A stretch of DNA of 64,000 bases from SAR86 cluster bacterium (GTDB lineage: Bacteria > Pseudomonadota > Gammaproteobacteria > Magnimaribacterales > AG-339-G14). Of the stretch, positions 8,041-15,178 are shown piece by piece; position 1 is the stretch's first letter; every line of letters starts with the position of its first letter. A program made the translations under genes and the position numbers. The notes below the pieces were generated by a model. The model saw nothing but the letters and a program-made list of their open reading frames with translations, did not search any database and was not told the origin of the DNA. Location of the stretch: positions 1,072,656 to 1,136,655 of the forward strand of contig CP097974.1 of the NCBI GenBank assembly GCA_023703675.1, written 5' to 3'.

Positions 8041-9023
8041 GAATGTGCCGTTGTTACCGAAGAAATAAAATTGCTTGCAACTTCGTCCCAAGAATATTTT
8101 TTTGAATATGCAATACACGATTTAGGATCAACTTTTTGTGCTTGCTTTATTGCTTGGTATAAATCTTTATTTAAATAGCCATTTACGCCATTCTTAACAA
8201 CATCAATAGGTCCGGTTACTGGATATCCTGCCACTGGAGTTCCACAGGCATTTGCTTCTATCATCACTATTCCAAAGGTATCAGTCCGAGAAGGGAAAAC
8301 CTTAACACATGCGTTTGAGTAAATTTCTGCAAGCTCTCTGCCAAATTTATAGCCAAGAAATTCTACATCTGGATATTTTTTTTTGAGACTTTTCAAACTA
8401 GGCCCATCACCTACAACGACTTTCTTTTTGTCCAGTTCTAAACTTAAGAAAGACTCTAAATTTTTTTCTTTAGATACTCTGCCAACATATAGATAGTAAC
8501 TATTATTTCTATCACTTGGAGTGGGGGAAAAAATGTTTTCATCAATGCCCCTTGACCATAAAGCTAATTTCTTAATTCCTATCTCTTCCAGTTCCTTTTT
8601 ATGAGATGGAGTATTTACAAAGGTCACACAAGCTGCATTGTGAAACCATCTTTCAAATCTATTTGTAAATTGAACTGGAATACCCAGCATTTTTTTTAGA
8701 TATAAGGGAAAGTTTGTGTGGTAAGAAGATGAAAATTTTAATTTTTCAACCAAACACACTTTTCTTGCATAAAGCCCAAGCGGGCCCTCAGTTGCAATAT
8801 GAATTAAATCTGGACGAAAATCGTTTATTATTTTTTTTATTTTAAAAACATTCAGTGAAAGTTTTATTTCCTTATAAAAAGGTATAGGAACAGAAACAAA
8901 ACTATTTGGCTCAATAATTTTTACATCATTATTTATTGATAGTTTCTTTACTAAATTTTCTAATGTAGTTACTACGCCATTAACTTGAGGTTTCCAAGCA
9001 TCCGTGACCAAAAGAATTTTCAT
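8037..9023 (-). CDS. GT4-type (GT-B) glycosyltransferase, Agt-like candidate glucosyl/glucuronosyl-diacylglycerol synthase
   Basis: 328 aa. Contains MKILLVTDAWKPQVNGVV and the C-terminal EX7E-like region FPSRTDTFGIVMIEANACGTPV. ATGA overlaps with both neighbours. The specific substrate is inferred from context only. Confidence 0.6.
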   Translation of the reverse strand: MKILLVTDAWKPQVNGVVTTLENLVKKLSINNDVKIIEPNSFVSVPIPFYKEIKLSLNVFKIKKIINDFRPDLIHIATEGPLGLYARKVCLVEKLKFSSSYHTNFPLYLKKMLGIPVQFTNRFERWFHNAACVTFVNTPSHKKELEEIGIKKLALWSRGIDENIFSPTPSDRNNSYYLYVGRVSKEKNLESFLSLELDKKKVVVGDGPSLKSLKKKYPDVEFLGYKFGRELAEIYSNACVKVFPSRTDTFGIVMIEANACGTPVAGYPVTGPIDVVKNGVNGYLNKDLYQAIKQAQKVDPKSCIAYSKKYSWDEVASNFISSVTTAHS

Positions 9024-9835
9024 GCAACCTTATCTTCTGTATGATTTTGATTGTTTGTATATTTAGAATAATCAATTATGTGAAAACGGCCCTCATAATC
9101 TTCTACCAATGCTGTACAAGACTCAACCCAGTCGCCACAGTTTAAATAATGTATTTCATCTATCATTTCATTCGCAACTGAATGAATATGTCCGCAAATT
9201 ACACCATCAAATCCTTCTTTTTTACATACAAAAGCTAAAGTACTCTCAAAATCGCTTATAAAATTTACTGCTGATTTAACTTTGTGTTTTACGAATGCTG
9301 AGAAGGACCAGTATCCAAGATTGAAATTTTTTCTGAAAAAATTTACTACTCTATTTGTTGCCATCAAGAGTTCATAAGCCCAGCTTCCTAATTTAGAAAT
9401 CCATTTACTGTATTTCGTAACTAAATCAAATTGATCGCCATGGATGACAAGGTATTTTTTTCCACTTATCGAGGTATAAATAGCTCGATCAGTAACTTTT
9501 ACATTTCCAAGTAGGATAGGCGAATATGATCTAAGAAACTCATCGTGATTTCCAGTGATGTAATTTACATTTGTGTCATCTTTGGCATAAGACAAAAAAC
9601 GTCTTAAAACATTGGTGTGCGCTTGGGGCCAAAAAAGAGATTGTTCCATTCGCCAGCCGTCAACGATGTCTCCAACAAGATATAGTTCTTCGCAGGAATT
9701 ATTGTAGAGAAAATCAAGTAGTCTTTCTGCTTGACAACCCTTGGTGCCCAAATGAATGTCTGACAACCAAATAGACTTGTATTTTTTTTGATTCACCAAT
9801 GAAACTATTAGAAACTTATGTAAGTTCTGATTCAA
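9020..9835 (-). CDS. Calcineurin-like metallophosphoesterase of the LpxH/PlcP group; candidate phospholipase C PlcP
   Basis: Metallophosphoesterase motifs in order: SDIHLG, GDIVDGW, GNHDEF, HGDQFD, GHIH. First gene of a coupled three-gene operon with a glycosyltransferase and ugd. Confidence 0.6.
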   Translation of the reverse strand: MNQNLHKFLIVSLVNQKKYKSIWLSDIHLGTKGCQAERLLDFLYNNSCEELYLVGDIVDGWRMEQSLFWPQAHTNVLRRFLSYAKDDTNVNYITGNHDEFLRSYSPILLGNVKVTDRAIYTSISGKKYLVIHGDQFDLVTKYSKWISKLGSWAYELLMATNRVVNFFRKNFNLGYWSFSAFVKHKVKSAVNFISDFESTLAFVCKKEGFDGVICGHIHSVANEMIDEIHYLNCGDWVESCTALVEDYEGRFHIIDYSKYTNNQNHTEDKVA

Positions 9836-9879
9836 TGCTCATAAATCTAATCAGTATGATTTTTTCTTAAAATTTTCAA

Positions 9880-9892
9880 TTCTGTAACAGAA
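9880..9892. promoter_or_regulatory. Perfect 6-1-6 palindrome TTCTGT-A-ACAGAA about 45 nt upstream of the plcP-like start; candidate operator
   Basis: Read directly from the sequence. Each half contains CTGT(A/T)AC, which weakly resembles a PhoB half-site (CTGTCAT/CTGTCAC). No convincing second direct half-site at 11-nt spacing. Confidence 0.25.
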
Positions 9893-10226
9893 CCTTTATA
9901 AAGTTCACGCTTTCTTTAAGTCATCGCAAAAAGTACCTATAGCTTTATTAAAATTTGAAGAGTTATGTAAGAAAATGAAACAATGAAAATATTCGTTGGT
10001 TACTACTAGGAGCAATTTATACAAAATAAGACTTTTAGAACCTTTAAAAATACATACTATTTCTACAACGACTTAACTAAAGAAAAGGATAGAGATTTTG
10101 AAAATAATATAATGATCTCAATGGAACCTATGGTTTAAAACTCTGCATGGCATACAAAACCAGCAAACTTAAAAGACTTAACAACTGGTAAAGCACAAAT
10201 ACTTGAAAGATCAATAAATTTGTTCC

Positions 10227-10244
10227 ATTCCACCTCTGGGCACC
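10227..10244 (+). repeat. 18-nt exact direct repeat of the tRNA-Phe 3' end (T-loop to discriminator); att-like site
   Basis: attccacctctgggcacc is identical to 4761-4778, in the same orientation. It lies 46 nt upstream of pip. Confidence 0.8.
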
Positions 10245-10289
10245 TTTTAAAAAATATCTTTCAAAAAAAACCTGAAGTATGATGTCTTA

Positions 10290-11252
10290 ATGAATTTCTT
10301 CAGAAAAAAACAAATCCTTTACCCAGCAATAGAGCCATTTGACTCAGGTTTTATCAAAGACGGAATTCATGAAATTTATTATGAACAATGTGGGAATCCT
10401 AAAGGAAAACCCGCCGTTTTTTTTCATGGAGGTCCTGGTGGTGGCGCTGGTAAATTTTCAAGAAGATTTTTTAATCCAAAAAAATACAGAATTGTCCTTT
10501 TTGATCAAAGGGGTTGTGGAAAAAGTAAACCTCATGCTTGTTTAGAAAATAATACAACTTGGCATTTGGTTCAAGACATAGAAACGATAAGAAAGAAGTT
10601 AGAAATTGAAAAGTGGTTAGTATTTGGTGGATCTTGGGGAAGTACCCTTGCACTTGCTTATGCACAAAAACACCCAGAGTGTGTCACAGAACTTGTGCTG
10701 AGAGGAATCTTCATGCTGAGAGAAAAAGAATTGAGATGGTTTTATCAATATGGGGCAAGTGAAATCTATCCAGAAGCTTGGCAAGGATTTATCAATGAAA
10801 TTCCAGAAGAAGAGAGATTCGATCTAATTGATGCTTATAGAAAAATTTTCAACGGTGAGGACAAGGAGAAAAAATTATCTGCTGCTAAGGCCTGGTCAAA
10901 GTGGGAAGCCTCAACGAGCTTTATAAATCATAATCCAAATGCAGTTAAAGATTCGATCAATGCTGAATTTGCGCTAGCTTTTGCTCAAATAGAAAATCAT
11001 TACTTTATTAACAATGGTTTCTTAGATCACGAAAATCAGCTCCTCGATGGCGTTGACACTATAAGACACATTCCCGCAGTTATTGTTCAAGGAAGATATG
11101 ACCTAGTCTGTCCAGCAACCACTGCTTACGAATTACATTCGCGTTGGCCCGAATCTAAATTAAAAATTGCTCCATTTTCGGGACACTCTGCTTTTGAAAA
11201 AGAAATTTCTAAATTATTAATTGAAACAACTGACGAGTTTTCAAGAAATTAG
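10290..11252 (+). CDS. pip: Proline iminopeptidase (prolyl aminopeptidase)
   Basis: HGGPGGG and GGSWGSTLALAYAQKHPE (nucleophile elbow). The 320-aa alpha/beta hydrolase length is typical of Pip. Confidence 0.9.
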   Translation: MNFFRKKQILYPAIEPFDSGFIKDGIHEIYYEQCGNPKGKPAVFFHGGPGGGAGKFSRRFFNPKKYRIVLFDQRGCGKSKPHACLENNTTWHLVQDIETIRKKLEIEKWLVFGGSWGSTLALAYAQKHPECVTELVLRGIFMLREKELRWFYQYGASEIYPEAWQGFINEIPEEERFDLIDAYRKIFNGEDKEKKLSAAKAWSKWEASTSFINHNPNAVKDSINAEFALAFAQIENHYFINNGFLDHENQLLDGVDTIRHIPAVIVQGRYDLVCPATTAYELHSRWPESKLKIAPFSGHSAFEKEISKLLIETTDEFSRN

Positions 11253-11308
11253 TTGATTGACAGACCAAATACAAACTCAATATTATTATGTTGAGAAAAG
11301 ATTTTTAA

Positions 11309-12535
11309 ATGTCGGAAAATTTATTATTAAAGGGAATAAAAGTAATTGATGCCGCTAGCTTTATTGCTGGACCTGCTTCCACAACCATACTTTCTGATTT
11401 TGGTGCCGAGGTTATTAAAATCGAGCCTCCTAAAGTAGGAGATAGTTTAAGACATCTTATCCTGCGAACTAGAAGAGTTAACCCACAGGGAGACAAAGAT
11501 TACTGTTGGCATTTAACTTCTAGGAATAAAAAAAGTCTCGCATTGGATCTAAACACCTCTAAAGGCCAAGAAATCTTAAAAGAATTAATAAAAGAAGCAG
11601 ATGTATTTGTCACCAACATGCCAAAAAAAACTAGAGAAAAGTTGAAAATACGTGCCGAAGATTTATTACCTATAAACGAAAGGCTAGTTTATGGATCACT
11701 AACTGGTTATGGTGAAAGCGGTGAAGACTCCCATCGAACTGCTTTTGATGTTTTGGCTTGGTGGGCAAGAAGTGGTTTGATGGATATTGTGAGACCATCT
11801 GATAATTCTTCCCCCGGATTTGTTCCGATTGGTATAGGCGATCAGCCTACTGGTGTTGCTTTGTTTGCAAGCATAATGACAGCTTTATACAGAAGAGAGA
11901 AAACTGGAAAAGGAGGAGAAGTCTACACTTCATTGATGGCAAATGGAGCTTGGTCAAATGGTAGCTATATTCAAGCAGGATTGTTCAATGCAGAATTTCC
12001 AGACCGACAAGAAGAATCTCCTCTTCATCCTTTCGGAGGAAGATACAAAACTAAAGACGGTAGGTTTTTACTCTTGGCTATAATCGACGCAGCTAAAGAA
12101 TGGCCTAAATTTCTAAATGCAATGGATTTAAATTATTTAAACGAGAATGAAAAATTTTCTAGTTTTAAAAAATTAAATTCTAATTTTCATGAGTTGTACA
12201 AAATTTTAGAAGATGTATTTATACGATATAGCCTAACTGAAGTTATAGATAAATTGAGAGATTCTGGTGTTACTTTTGGATTCATGAACAAATCAAATGA
12301 TCTTGCAAGCGATCAACAATTTCTTGATAGTGGGGTATTGATTAAGTATGAAAACGAAGCATTCGAAGAAGATTCTCTTACTGTAAATAGTCCAGTTTTT
12401 CTAAAAAACGAGCCTAAAAAAACTCCGGCAAAAGGCCCAGATCTTGGCGAACATACAAGAGAAATTTTAATTAGCCTTGGTAAAAGTGAAGCAGACATTA
12501 GTGCGTTAAAAGAATCTGGAATAATAGATTTTTAA
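11309..12535 (+). CDS. Family III CoA-transferase (CaiB/BaiF family)
   Basis: N-terminal LKGIKVIDAASFIAGPASTTILSDFGAEVIKIEPP is the hallmark of the family. 408 aa. Confidence 0.85.
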   Translation: MSENLLLKGIKVIDAASFIAGPASTTILSDFGAEVIKIEPPKVGDSLRHLILRTRRVNPQGDKDYCWHLTSRNKKSLALDLNTSKGQEILKELIKEADVFVTNMPKKTREKLKIRAEDLLPINERLVYGSLTGYGESGEDSHRTAFDVLAWWARSGLMDIVRPSDNSSPGFVPIGIGDQPTGVALFASIMTALYRREKTGKGGEVYTSLMANGAWSNGSYIQAGLFNAEFPDRQEESPLHPFGGRYKTKDGRFLLLAIIDAAKEWPKFLNAMDLNYLNENEKFSSFKKLNSNFHELYKILEDVFIRYSLTEVIDKLRDSGVTFGFMNKSNDLASDQQFLDSGVLIKYENEAFEEDSLTVNSPVFLKNEPKKTPAKGPDLGEHTREILISLGKSEADISALKESGIIDF

Positions 12536-12538
12536 AAA

Positions 12539-13132
12539 ATGAAATCTTTAGAATATTTTTTTGACTGTAGTAGCCCCTGGACATATCTTTCATTCAGAGG
12601 AATTTTAGATCTATCAAAAAGAAAAGATTTTGAAATCATTTGGAAGCCAATTTTAGTTGGTGGCATTTTCAATTCTATTAATCCTAGTGTTTATGAAAGC
12701 AGAAAAAATCCAGTAAAAGAGAAATTAGAATATTCTCAAAAAGATCTTTTAGATTGGGCTAACTATAGAGGCATACAAATCAATTGGCCTAAAATCTTCC
12801 CTGTAAATAGTGTTAAGGCAATGAGAGGTTGCTTTTACTTTATCGATCACGGAAATTTAGAACCTTATGTTGAGCAAATCTTTAAAGCTTACTGGACCAA
12901 TGGAGAAAATATTTCTGAAGATGAATTTCTAGAGAGACTCGTGGAGAAAATGGAAGTCAATCCGAAAGAATTTATCGAGTTCATAAATAATTCTGAAGTA
13001 AAACAGAGACTAGTTGATAATACCCAAAATCTAATTGATCGAGGTGGCTTTGGCTCACCAACCTTTTTTCTTGATGTAAATGATATGTATTTTGGCAATG
13101 ATCGGCTTCAACTTATAGAAAAAATAATTTAA
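12539..13132 (+). CDS. 2-hydroxychromene-2-carboxylate isomerase / DsbA-like (kappa-GST-like) thioredoxin-fold protein
   Basis: FFDCSSPWTYLSF at the N-terminus and GGFGSPTFFLD...YFGNDRL at the C-terminus are typical of HCCA isomerase family proteins. Confidence 0.75.
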   Translation: MKSLEYFFDCSSPWTYLSFRGILDLSKRKDFEIIWKPILVGGIFNSINPSVYESRKNPVKEKLEYSQKDLLDWANYRGIQINWPKIFPVNSVKAMRGCFYFIDHGNLEPYVEQIFKAYWTNGENISEDEFLERLVEKMEVNPKEFIEFINNSEVKQRLVDNTQNLIDRGGFGSPTFFLDVNDMYFGNDRLQLIEKII

Positions 13133-13137
13133 TTTGA

Positions 13138-13872
13138 TTATTCCTCTTTTTTAGCTTTTGCCATTTCTGAAATACTCTTTGCGTCTTGATTGAACATAGT
13201 TTTTAGACTTTCTTTGGATATACCCTTTCCAAAATTTCTAACCTCCTTACCGACTTCGATGCCCTTTCTCACTGCTGGTCTAGACTTGATGGCATCAAAC
13301 CACCTTCTAACATTTGCAAAAGAATCCAAATCTACTTCATATCGCTTGTAAGCTGTAACCCAAGGGAATGAAGCCATATCTGCAATTGAATACTCTCCAG
13401 CAAGATATTCTCTTTCAGCCAAAACTCGATCCATTACGCCGAGCAGACGATCGTATTCGTCTTTGTATCTTTTTTCAGAGTAAGAATGATCACCAGGAAA
13501 ATTTGGCGCGTAATTTACAAAATGACTCACCTGTCCTGCCATTGGGCCTAAACCGCCAACTTGCCAAAATAACCATTCAAGAACTCTTTCTCTTTCAGGC
13601 GAAGTTTGAGGAAAAAACTTCCCAGCCTTTTCTGCTATGTACATCAAAATAGCGCCAGACTCAAACACACTTATCGGCTCACCATTAACAATATTTTCAT
13701 GGTCAACAATTACTGGCATTCTATTGTTGGGGCTTATCTTTAGAAAATCGGGTTTGAATTGATCGCCGCTGCCCAAATTTACAAACACTACTTTGTAATC
13801 CATTCCACACTCTTCAAGCATTATCGAAATCTTCCAACCATTAGGAGTTGGCGCGTAATATAAATCGATCAT
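13138..13872 (-). CDS. yfcG: Glutathione S-transferase, nu-class (YfcG/YghU-like)
   Basis: MIDLYYAPTPNGWKISIMLEE...QFKPDFLKISPNNRMPVIVD...ESGAILMYIAEK closely parallels E. coli YfcG as I recall it. Confidence 0.8.
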   Translation of the reverse strand: MIDLYYAPTPNGWKISIMLEECGMDYKVVFVNLGSGDQFKPDFLKISPNNRMPVIVDHENIVNGEPISVFESGAILMYIAEKAGKFFPQTSPERERVLEWLFWQVGGLGPMAGQVSHFVNYAPNFPGDHSYSEKRYKDEYDRLLGVMDRVLAEREYLAGEYSIADMASFPWVTAYKRYEVDLDSFANVRRWFDAIKSRPAVRKGIEVGKEVRNFGKGISKESLKTMFNQDAKSISEMAKAKKEE

Positions 13873-13873
13873 T

Positions 13874-15073
13874 TTAAACCTTTATTAAAGGCAATTTTTG
13901 CAGACCCAAAGCGTCTCTGTAAGTGTTGTGATAATGATGAAGTGCAGGTTCATTTTTTCCAAAAGTCAAAAAATCTAGATGGCCAGAATTTAGCCCTTTA
14001 TGAGAGGATGCGGCAGCGACGTAATCTTCGTCTCTAATCACACTACCAAAAGCGCTGTATAACTCTTCCAAGGGGTTTTGTCCGGTCTCCGCGGATACAC
14101 CCATTTTATTGGCTGCTTCAATAGCTTCTGGATAAAAATAAAATGAAATTTTTGAAACACTTTTATGCGGAGAATTTTCCAGAGGATATTCTTTTACGAG
14201 AAAGGCTCCCTCAGGAGTAGGCATAAAAATTATGTTTGGAAACAAATAGTAAACTGGTAAAGAACCAGTACAAATCTTCCAATCTTTCTCGGGTAATTTT
14301 CTCATTTCATCTATGTCACGCTTACATAAAATCAATCTTCCATTCCTTTCAAAACTATCAAACATCTGACAGTTGCCATGAAATGACTGAAAAAGAGAAT
14401 CTTTATGCAATACCGAAAAATGATAGGTTTCCCCGAAAGTATCGATTGCTAATTTCCAATTCATCTCTGTTTGATATTCTTCTTCATTGGAAAGAATTAA
14501 TCTGTCGAAATCCCAAGCTTGAAATTCTTTTTCTAACTTACTGCCCAATAATTCATCTAATTTTATTTCCCCATCTGATCGAGGGTGAACCCAAAGAAAT
14601 CCATATTTTTCCAAACTTGGCAACTCGGTCAGACCATAACAGTCTTTATCTATTTTTCCAAACTGATCACTTTTGGGATATCCGACTAAAGCTCCATTGT
14701 TATCAAAAGTCCAACCGTGGAAAGGACAAGAAAATTTCGCTTTAACCCCACGCTTTGCTTGCTCTATTTGGGCGCCACGATGTGAACAAACATTAGCGTA
14801 CGCCTTAAACTTTCCTTTAGCGTCTCTTGTAGCAAGGATTGATGAACCAAAATCTTCAATAGTCACATAACTATTTGGTTCAGACAAATCTCCAGACATG
14901 CCAATAATTTGAGGATGATTTTTAAAAAACGTATCCCATTCTAAATCTAGCCTTTTTTGACAAGTGTAGGTGTCAGCTGGAGTCTTCATAATACCTCCAG
15001 CATCTACATTAGTTTTGGCATCGAGATGCCCAATTAAGCCCTTCAAGAGCCTATTTTGTTCTTTCAGTAACAT
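13874..15073 (-). CDS. Rieske [2Fe-2S] non-heme iron oxygenase, alpha subunit-like
   Basis: Rieske motif CSHRGAQ...CPFHGW. Mononuclear iron region DTFGETYHFSVLH. 399 aa. No reductase or ferredoxin partner is adjacent. Confidence 0.85.
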   Translation of the reverse strand: MLLKEQNRLLKGLIGHLDAKTNVDAGGIMKTPADTYTCQKRLDLEWDTFFKNHPQIIGMSGDLSEPNSYVTIEDFGSSILATRDAKGKFKAYANVCSHRGAQIEQAKRGVKAKFSCPFHGWTFDNNGALVGYPKSDQFGKIDKDCYGLTELPSLEKYGFLWVHPRSDGEIKLDELLGSKLEKEFQAWDFDRLILSNEEEYQTEMNWKLAIDTFGETYHFSVLHKDSLFQSFHGNCQMFDSFERNGRLILCKRDIDEMRKLPEKDWKICTGSLPVYYLFPNIIFMPTPEGAFLVKEYPLENSPHKSVSKISFYFYPEAIEAANKMGVSAETGQNPLEELYSAFGSVIRDEDYVAAASSHKGLNSGHLDFLTFGKNEPALHHYHNTYRDALGLQKLPLIKV

Positions 15074-15078
15074 ACAGA

Positions 15079-15091
15079 AATGATAATTATT
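15079..15091. promoter_or_regulatory. Fur-box-like sequence AATGATAATTATT in the Rieske/TBDR divergent region
   Basis: 12/13 match to the core AATGATAATCATT of the 19-bp Fur consensus, and about 13/19 over the full consensus. The AT-rich background makes a chance match plausible. Confidence 0.25.
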
Positions 15092-15178
15092 TTTTTATTT
15101 TTTTCCAGTATTAAAATTTTTATTTATTAGTTGATTAGCTGAGTAATTACATTATCATTTAGTTTTTTCGGGGGGAAA

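Noticed and set aside
8041-8118. Long N-terminal extensions in the ORF track: ugd 8118, sulfatase 19959, metW 47930, phosphotransferase 58539, yaaA 54512, dipeptidase 56360, HMA protein 5424, DUF3450 42547, TPR 38758.
   Set aside because: Internal starts give canonical N-termini or signal peptides (MNINVIGAGYVG, MKWIKS..., MNSILNSW..., MDELKNF..., MLVVISPAKT, MKKISIFL...LVSC) and ATGA-type coupling junctions. The extensions overlap upstream genes or encode implausible residues.
9020-9835. Annotating the metallophosphoesterase simply as LpxH (lipid A biosynthesis).
   Set aside because: The motifs cannot separate LpxH from PlcP by eye. Translational coupling to a GT4 glycosyltransferase and ugd, together with the location on a tRNA-flanked islet, favours the PlcP reading. 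This stays unresolved without phylogeny, so it is reported as a candidate only.
9880-9900. A bona fide Pho box (two direct CTGTCAT repeats at 11-nt spacing).
   Set aside because: Only one reasonable half-site (CTGTAAC / CTGTTAC) is present. The second half-site matches about 4/7 or worse on either strand.
14236-14745. A 169-aa plus-strand ORF inside the Rieske oxygenase gene. Similar antisense or shadow ORFs occur at 849-1205, 1314-1619, 7019-7309, 7457-7744, 13368-13652, 22645-22893, 26817-27149, 29172-29462, 42917-43201, 52862-53244, 54936-55250 and 57812-58102.
   Set aside because: They lie entirely within, and antisense or out of frame to, strongly supported genes. Their translations are low-complexity (Leu/Ser/Phe/Lys-rich) with no recognisable motifs, which is expected in AT-rich DNA.
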